A stretch of DNA of 64,000 nucleotides from Octopus vulgaris (taxonomy: Eukaryota). Positions 54,556 to 64,000 of this stretch are shown here, in pieces. The translations under genes and the position numbers were made by a program. The notes under the pieces are model-generated. The model saw nothing but the letters and a program-made list of their open reading frames with translations, was not told where the DNA came from and did no database searches. Numbering within the stretch: position 1 is the stretch's first letter; each line of letters begins with the position of its first letter. The DNA is taken from positions 74,896,001-74,960,000 of the forward strand of contig OX597830.1 in NCBI GenBank assembly GCA_951406725.2, read 5' to 3'.

Positions 54556-54693
54556 TGTAATTGATTCCAGGGCTTTTCTGGGTACCTTAGACGTGCAGTT
54601 AAAAGGGTAACATTCAATCAGCATTGAATGAACAAATTTATTATTTATATTTCAAAATCAATTTAAATCCTCATTTTAATTTGTTTTTTTATC

Positions 54694-54859
54694 AAGGCGT
54701 GGTTGTACGGTAGCATGGTTGCTTCCCAACTACATCGTTCCGGGTTCAGTCCCACTGCGTGGCCATTTGAACAGGTGTTTTTTTACAATGGTCTTCGCCG
54801 GACCAAAGTGTTGCGAGTTGATTTGTTAGACGGAAATTGCAAGAAACCCATACTTTATA

Positions 54860-54900
<41 letters not shown>

Positions 54901-55089
54901 GTATCCTTATATGTGTCTTCCTTTCCACTTGGCAACCTGTAACTTAGCGGTTCGGCTAAAAATAACCGGTACAGTAAATACCAGTCTTAGCAAAATAAGT
55001 TCTGGGATCGACTTGTTCGACGACAACCGCCAAGACGGTACCGCTACTAGGGCTGCAATCCAATGGCTAAAACAAGTATGAGGTAAAAG
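54694..55089 (+). mobile_element. SINE family A, near full length
   Basis: ccgggttcagtcccactgcgtggc...agacggaaattgc...gtaacttagcggttcggc...ctaaaacaagta. Confidence 0.88.
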
Positions 55090-55585
55090 CAAGAAACTAC
55101 AATAATCCGTCTCTAAGTGACTGAATACTTGTTTCTTAGATTTGTCTGTATTCCATTCTTATCAATACTGTCTGATCTCTCGCAGACACAGAACGAGTAA
55201 GTTTTCTTTTAATTCTTTATTTTGACGGAATTATCGGTAATGATGTTCGACGTAAAGTGATATAAACTGAGATGCAAAAAAAAAAATATGTCAGCTTGCT
55301 TCAACTTTATCGCCATTGATTGGTGCTTAGAATATCTAATTTAATTTATGCTATTGTGTTGTTTTAGAGTATTGTCGGCACTGGCGGTTGACCGAAGACT
55401 CTTCCTTTGGCGTTGTTCGTACTGCATTTATAGTAATCGTATTTCATAATGTTTATTCCATTCTAGTGCAGAGGCCGCTTGTTTCATGGAATTAACGGTA
55501 GCGGACTCCAACTTCATATGTTTCTGTAGATGTCTCAGGAGCTTCTCTGCTGAAAGGGGGTTTCAGTAAAGAGGGAGATAGACAG

Positions 55586-55617
<32 letters not shown>

Positions 55618-55654
55618 TGTGTTAGAGAGAAATATATCTATATATATATATATT

Positions 55655-55819
55655 GATCGTTGGTGATCTACTAGCTTACGGCTGACCACTTAGGGGCTTT
55701 TTAGCCCTTTAAATATACACATGTATTAGAGTTTTCTCTGATTTTTCAGATTTTTGTATGCTAGGCTACTGGTTTTAAATTGTTATTAATTAAATTGATA
55801 TTCAATTTATCTCCCTCAT

Positions 55820-55825
<6 letters not shown>
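55655..55825 (+). mobile_element. Family C element without the inverted arm, between (TA)n tracts
   Basis: ctagcttacggctgaccactta resembles 62388-62410; atgctaggctactggtttta (55758-55777) resembles 62472-62491. Confidence 0.6.
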
Positions 55826-55913
<88 letters not shown>

Positions 55914-56729
55914 GAACAAGAATCGATTATAAAACTAACGTCCGGAACTGCACCATATAAACCTCAAAAAACTAATCAGTAATATTGAAGTTAGTGTCAT
56001 TTGAACTCAGAGTACAGATGCTACATAGATATAACAATAACAAATTTTGGTGTACTATGGACCAAAAGAACAGCACTCCGCTTCTGTTACACGGTTTACA
56101 TACGTGGTTTATCCTTATTGCACCGGGATCAATTCCAATTACTGTCCAAGAAATGCATTTGGGAGATGCATGAGAGTCACATCTCCCCATTCCTCGTTCC
56201 TGAATATTCGTTCTTTTCCACATGGTGAAAAGAAAATTGTATGTTTTTCTTTTCGTTATATATACAAGTGTATTATCATAGAATTTTTGTATAACACCTT
56301 TAGTCTCTGATCTGTGATCTTGTTTAGTATGACGAGAGAGAAACTGAAGATTATATTGATAACCAGAGAAAATCTCAGCACTTTTATGTTAAAAGTGTTC
56401 TAAAGTTCACTATGGTATCAGACTTAATAATTCAAAGAAGTAGTTTCAAACGTAGTTGATCGCTAGGTATTGAAATGAAGCCGTGTAAGAGATAGAGAGA
56501 AAGATAAACAGATAGATAGACAGATGATTATATATGTATGTATATATAGAAATGTATGTATGTGCGCATTCATCTCTAAGTATATATGTATATACACACC
56601 ACACACACATATGTATATATATACGTATATATACACAAACACATGTTTACACACATACATACAATGTGTATATTTAAGTATATATATATGTATGTATATA
56701 TATGTATATATATACATACATACACACAA

Positions 56730-56788
<59 letters not shown>

Positions 56789-56796
56789 CATATATA

Positions 56797-56836
<40 letters not shown>

Positions 56837-57753
56837 GGCATGCAGAGACAGAATGACAGACAGACACAGAGAAAGGAATGGATAGATGTTTAGATTCATA
56901 CATGCATATTACAATATATAGAGGGCAACGAAATTGAAAAATAGGTAGACATATATATATATATATATTAGTAAATGCAGAACGGGAAGCAGTAACCCCA
57001 GTAGTAAGAGTTGTAGCAGCCCTTGTAGCAACAAGAACAACCAAAATGAGGAAGTGAAGTATAAAGTATAAGAGTAGAGATTACAACAGCAACAACATCA
57101 ACGACAAAAGAATAAGACCGAAACACTAATGACCTTAACTAACATGATGTTTACGTTGTTGTCTGCCTCACTCTCTCGGCACAACACACCTTCCTAATGT
57201 ATGATACACAGTAAAAGCATTGGCTTAATAATGCTGACAACATGGCGACCGTGGTGTTGATGAGGAAGACGTACGATGGTGGATAGTTTTATATATTCAA
57301 TATAAGCATAGCCGATGTTTTAGCTTTTGCTTGTGTCTCCAGCGCATGTTTTATGCTTACTAGTAACTTGTTCGATAACAGCATAGGAAGAAGTTAAAAA
57401 CCAAACGGAAAAAGCAGAAAAATAAAATAAAAATAAGAGAAAAATGAATAAACAAACATGGCCGCTCTAATTTAATGGCTGATCGTTGCTGAAAGAAAAA
57501 AAAAATGACTAGCAAAGGTTTTTCTTTTCTTTTATATTTTTTATTCTGATTTTTTTTATTTATTTTCATATTGATTTATTAGACGTGTGTGAATGTCAAA
57601 TCGAAAAACCTCCTGCGTTTAGGCTAAGTGTTTGTTTTGACTCTTAATGCTTAATGAATGGAATCGTAACATTGTAAGCATAAAATAAGCAGATCCATTT
57701 CCTCATTCGTATATATATATATATGTATATATATATATGTATGTATGTATGCA

Positions 57754-57808
<55 letters not shown>

Positions 57809-58003
57809 GTATATATATGTATATGTATGTACACATATATATATATATATATATTTATATATGTATATATATATGCATGTATGTACATACATGGTCTCGT
57901 AAATATATGTTATTTATATACATATTCACTTAGATTTAAATATATCTATATAAATGTGTATGTAAATTTACCTATGTATATATACATATATACATATATA
58001 TGC

Positions 58004-58071
<68 letters not shown>

Positions 58072-58814
58072 TCTTAGATTTAATCGTAGTACATTTGTGT
58101 GTGCATTTGTATATGTGTGAGTATGTGTACGTCAGTATGTGTGCGTATGTGTCAGCGTTTGTGTGTGTGTTCGTGTGTGCGTTTGCGTTTATCAGTAGTG
58201 TGTGTTCCAAGCCACCAGACATTACGTTCAGAACAGCATTCTTAACTAAAGCTAACAATGTTTTACAGTAAATTTCAATATTTATTCTTGCAGTTATGTT
58301 CTCTGTTAAAATCTTTGAATTACTTTAATTACAAGCGTAAGTGTAAGATTATGTCCACTATGTAAAGTAGAAGACAGAAAAGAAATATCAGCGTAAAGAT
58401 TAGAGGTGATATGAGAGGCTCTTGTGATAGTGTTTTCTATTGGGTAGCAATTCGTGCTACCAGATTTTCCGACATGCAACTCGAGAAAGTACATCGTTTA
58501 ATCGTATAGCTTAAACATTCAAAGTCTCCACCTTGCCAAATTACTGCTGCATTTCACTTGGAATTTTTGTATTCTACCAACATTGTCTTTCTTGGTGTAT
58601 AAGTTGGCTTACCTTATTCTGGCGGCAAATTTTGCTTTGGAAAGTACGAATTCTACGTCAATATCATGACTCATTTATAATGCTTTGTTTTCTCATTAAT
58701 TTTTGTGCATGCATACAAGTATATGTAGACTGACAGGTGTGTGAGTGTGTGTGTGAGTATGTGTGAGTTTGACCGTGAGTAGCATGTACTTTGAAAACTC
58801 CGTCGAAGGAAGAG

Positions 58815-58943
58815 CTAGTTACCTTTGTGTTTCGGGTTCCGTCACACTGCGTAGCAACTTCAGCAAGTGTCTTCTACTATAGCCTCGGACTGACCAAAGC
58901 CCTCTGAGTGGGTTTGGTAGATGGAAACTGAAAAATGTCTGCC

Positions 58944-58990
<47 letters not shown>

Positions 58991-59200
58991 CATGTATCAA
59001 TGTGTATGCCTTTGTGTCTGTGTTTTTCCCATACTACAGCTTGACAAAAGGAGCCGATGTGTTTACGTACCCGTAACTTAGCGGTTCAATAAGCGGTTCA
59101 ATAAAAGAGAACTATAGAATAAGTACTAGGCTTAAAAAGGAAGTCGAGGGGTCGATCTGTTCGACTACAATCTTTCAAGGCGATCCGCCAGCATGGTCGG
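58815..59200 (+). mobile_element. SINE family A
   Basis: gcaagtgtcttctactatagcctcgg...gtaacttagcggttc...tagaataagtactaggctta...ccagcatgg. Confidence 0.9.
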
Positions 59201-59213
59201 ATATACATATATA

Positions 59214-59334
<121 letters not shown>

Positions 59335-60275
59335 GTGTATGTGCAGATATTCGTATATGTATGCATGCATGAATGAATATATGCATATATATGTATATGT
59401 ATATACATGCAAGGAAATATAGTTCTTTGTGTATATACATATACATAATTTCATTACCTTTATGGAGTATTAGACATAGCTATAGATAGTAATGTAGATA
59501 TTACATTCACTCACACGCAATCACGCACATATACACATACATACACATTCATACATGTATGTGAGTGTGTGTTGAGAGAGAGGGAGAGACGAGAAAGAGA
59601 AGGAGAAAGAGAGCTAGAAATAGAGAAAAAGAAAGAGAAATGAGAGTGCGAAAGAGAGAGGCAGATCTGTTTCCCTATCTCTAACGTATTTACTATATGC
59701 GTGATTTGTCTGTGTGGTTCAAAGGTTGATATGAGTTAACATTTCTCTATTCCACTTGCTGAAATTAACTTAACCAGACACTAGCTGCCTTTGACCCAAT
59801 GCTAAGGATAGAAACACAACAAAAACTAAGACAACAACAACAACAACAACAACAACGGCGAATACTACAACAACAACAACAACAACAACTACAAAGTCTT
59901 TAGATCACTGTCGCTGGGAAAGACATGTAAGATAAGAGAAACGCCATGGCATACATATTGGAAATTTCAATAACATTCATCTCAGCCAAGTTACAAGTAG
60001 ATTGCTAAAAGAAACACCATAGTAAACGAACATAGACGAAGCTGTGGTCAAGACAAGAATCAGACTATTACATCAAATGCTGTCACCTCCACCTCTCCTT
60101 TCTCAACCTTTTCAATCATCACAGCAACAATGATACACTCGTGTTCTCAGCTCTCTGTGGGCCAAGTAATGTATCACATTCATTATTTAATTTTGACCCA
60201 GTTACATATATGTATGTTTCTGTATGTGCGGGAAAGTGATCATGCATACATACATACACACAAACACACACACAT

Positions 60276-60332
<57 letters not shown>

Positions 60333-60375
60333 GAGAGAGAGAGAGAGAGAGAAAGAGAAAGACATATATATTTAT

Positions 60376-60411
<36 letters not shown>

Positions 60412-60467
60412 ATAAATAGATAGATAGATAGATAGATAAATTGATAGATAAATAGATAGATTTACAT

Positions 60468-60515
<48 letters not shown>

Positions 60516-60611
60516 TCATATACATGCATATATATGTATGCATAGATACACATTATATATCATTATACCTCTATTTGTGTAAGTGTATATGTATGTGTGT
60601 AAGTGTATGAA

Positions 60612-60660
<49 letters not shown>

Positions 60661-61629
60661 CATAAAATTATAAATAGTAATACGCACATACATATATAAA
60701 AGACTTCAGAAACAAGGACATCATATGTAATTTGAAAGAAGGACATTTAATTGTGATTGAAACATGCCCACGACAGTACAGTTGCCAGGTATGAAAATTA
60801 GGTGAAACTTCATAGAAACTCAAATATCCGTTTATTTATGAGCAGGGCCGTTACTAAACAGTATGTCGACAACAAACACAACCATACCATTATCAAAATT
60901 ATCGATACAAGAAATTTATTGAATATATATTTAAAAAAAAAGCATTGTAAAACTTAAATCTATGGCAGTGCTCGATAAAGCTAATGTTTATAGTGTTAAA
61001 ATGTAACTTGATCTCCCAATTAAAGGAGGTATATTACTGGAACATGTAATGTCTCTGCAAACTTGCTCACTTTGTAGAATGTGCAGCCAGAATTAAGTGA
61101 AGGACTTCTATTTCTTTTTACCGGGTGGAAATATACTCTAGACTATCATAACGGAACTGGGATACACGTGAGATACTCCAACAGTGGTTTCAGAAATCTG
61201 GTTGGGGCCATACTAGAGCACAAAAATAAGGTCTATTGCAACCTTACAATTGGTATTTGGTGCAATAGGGATTCGGAATATATTGTGTTTTTATTTTGCT
61301 TCAATTTATATTCGTCACGAATGTCCAGGGGAGATATCTGTAAGTGTCAAAATGTATTTCATGTAATTATATTCATTTGAGCGAAGGTTAGTAAAAATAT
61401 GTTTGGCTTTCGAACAGAAGCAGCTGCAGTATCCAGTTTAGGGTAGAACCATTGGCCTTTGCAATGGTATCCAGTTAGGAGATTTATGGCACTTTCAGGA
61501 CTAAAGTTTTGGCATCGAACATTATAGTTCTAGATTTATCTCAAAATTCCTCTCCCCTACCCATTCGCTTTTTTCTCTCTGCCCCCTTCTCTCTCACTCT
61601 TCTGCCATATAGTTAAAAAAACAAACAGA

Positions 61630-61872
61630 AGGTAAAGTTACCTTCTCGCATCATACCGACTCACAAAGGCTAGTTTCATGGCGTATATACTTCCCCGCCT
61701 GGACGGTATGCCGGTCCGTCGCAGAATTACTCACTTTTGCAAACTGTGTGGACTGGAGTCATGTGAAATGAAGTGTTTTGCTCAAGAATACAACGCATGG
61801 AACGGTCCAGGAACCGAAACCACAAACTTACAATCATGAGTCTAACACCATAACCACTAAGCCAGGCGCCTC
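61630..61872 (-). mobile_element. tRNA-derived SINE family D
   Basis: Minus strand gaggcgcctggcttagtggtta (A box)...ggtttcggttcctggaccg (B-box-like)...ttcttgagcaaaacacttcatttcac...ctgcgacggaccggcataccgtccagg. Confidence 0.8.
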
Positions 61873-62203
61873 TATATTACGTATAGACACTAAACATAAC
61901 ATTCTGACCTGTTACAAGACACCTGTTCTTGTTTAGCAACAGTTTTCTGAGTGAGAACAATAGGTGGCTATGAGGTTGGTAATGAGCTTGCATGCCTATA
62001 ATAACTAATATAAGGTGGGAACCGTAATTCAGGTGACTTCGGGTCAACGTCTCTACACAGAGCCAGCCAGGAATATTTCGACTTACAAGTGTCTCATTAG
62101 GTCCTCTACCTGTAATTATTCCTTTTCTACTTTTATTTGTGTGGAAATCTGATATTTTACATACCTACATACACACACACACATACATACATACATACAT
62201 ACA

Positions 62204-62530
<327 letters not shown>

Positions 62531-63020
62531 ATATATATTATTATATATACGTGTGTGTGTGTATACGTATGCATGTATTCTGTGGAGTAGAGAAACAGTT
62601 AGAGGGACAGTTCAAACTGAAGATTCACAGCAGTTTCCTCTAGTGAATTTGAAATAAAGAGCTTATAAATATATATATAAAAAAAAAATCAATGCTTATA
62701 TAACGCCAGAAGAATGAGTTGGTGAGAAAAAACAGAATACAACTGTAAGGAACGAACAGAAAATAGGAAGAGGTAGAGCGTCGCTTATTGCCAATTACAA
62801 CAGCTGGGGATATAAGCGATAACAGATTTATATGAATCTAAGATGCTTTATTTCATGACACAATATCGCAACCGGATCTTCAGCTTCTTTATCATTTCTT
62901 TCTCCACCTATTATACATTATTCTGTCCCACCCTCCAAGCCACGGCTAAGGTTATATTTTTACAAGTGGGCTTTATTACAATAATGATAATCCAACAGAT
63001 GAAAGCGATAAGTATGCATG

Positions 63021-63280
<260 letters not shown>

Positions 63281-63373
63281 AATATCATAAATATATATAT
63301 ATATATATATTATATATGTATGTATGTAGGTCGGTAGGTAGGTAGGTATCTTGTAAGTATATGAATGAATATT

Positions 63374-63520
63374 GACATGGCTGTGTGGTTAAAAGGTCGC
63401 TTCTCAACCATATAGTTCCGTCTCCATTCCAACTGTGTGACACCTTGGGCAAGTATCTTCTAATATAGCTTCGGGCCGACCAAAGCCTTGTGAGTGGAAA
63501 CTGAAAGAAACCCATCGAAT
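63374..63520 (+). mobile_element. SINE family A 5' half
   Basis: tggctgtgtggtt...caccttgggcaagtatcttcta...cgggccgaccaaagccttgtgagtggaaactgaaagaa. Confidence 0.9.
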
Positions 63521-64000
63521 ATGTGTGTGTGTGTGTGTTTGTGTGCATTTTCAGACTAAAATTTGGCTTCATTTTCAGTAAAATTCGCTTATCTTTGTGG
63601 CTTCCGCATTGGGCTGAAATGTTTATCGTTTTAATTTACATGATTGTCGTAATTAACCACTTCTTAATTTTTTACTGTCGTTTAAATAGGATTTTGCTGA
63701 TATTTAAGATGGTATTGACTACATCGAACAAGATTTCAATGTTATATTATCGAGCGAGGCATAAAATTACATATTAAATGTTATATGGTATTTTTACATC
63801 AAAGAAGTTATTTGCAAAAACGGCCAAAAATCTGGTTATTTCGTACTATTTAGTATACGGTGCTTTCTGCCAGCTGTTTTCTACTTGCAAAACTGACTGC
63901 ACTCGCTGCAGGTTTTGTTGTTATTACGGCTGCATTTTAAAAAATACAAAATTTTTGCTGTTATTGATGTTACTACTGTAGTTATACTGATTGTATATAC

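Noticed and set aside
58293-58342. Plus-strand 43-nt micro-exon (ttgcag...gtaagt)
   Set aside because: Frame-shifting length, AT-rich content and no support from neighbouring exons.
61081-61380. 99-aa ORF, considered as a transposase fragment
   Set aside because: No catalytic or family motif could be identified.

Overview
AT-rich eukaryotic non-coding DNA (intron or intergenic). Dense microsatellites ((TA)n, (CA)n, (GA)n, (ATAG)n, (ATAC)n, (ATT)n) and the SINE repertoire, recognised from memory, point to an Octopus genome. I cannot support any host protein-coding exon; almost all supplied ORFs are microsatellite translations. The window holds many copies of two tRNA-derived SINE families: A, usually beside (TA)n/(TG)n, and B, with a Nin-like core and often (ATT)n-tailed. 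It also holds a third tRNA-headed family, a bipartite non-autonomous RTE-like element, decayed RTE, R4/Dong and Penelope-like ORF remnants, a Tc1/mariner-type MITE and a decayed 29-bp minisatellite. The most interesting signal is a set of short elements next to microsatellites. Two have perfect, copy-specific inverted repeats (50 bp at 12.8 kb, 41 bp at 62.3 kb) followed by a shared 16-mer, and others carry degenerate minimal hammerhead-ribozyme motifs (16.1 kb, 48.4 kb). These are best explained as non-autonomous Penelope-like terminal-repeat elements. All family assignments are by eye and need RepeatMasker/Dfam/Infernal confirmation; most element boundaries are approximate.
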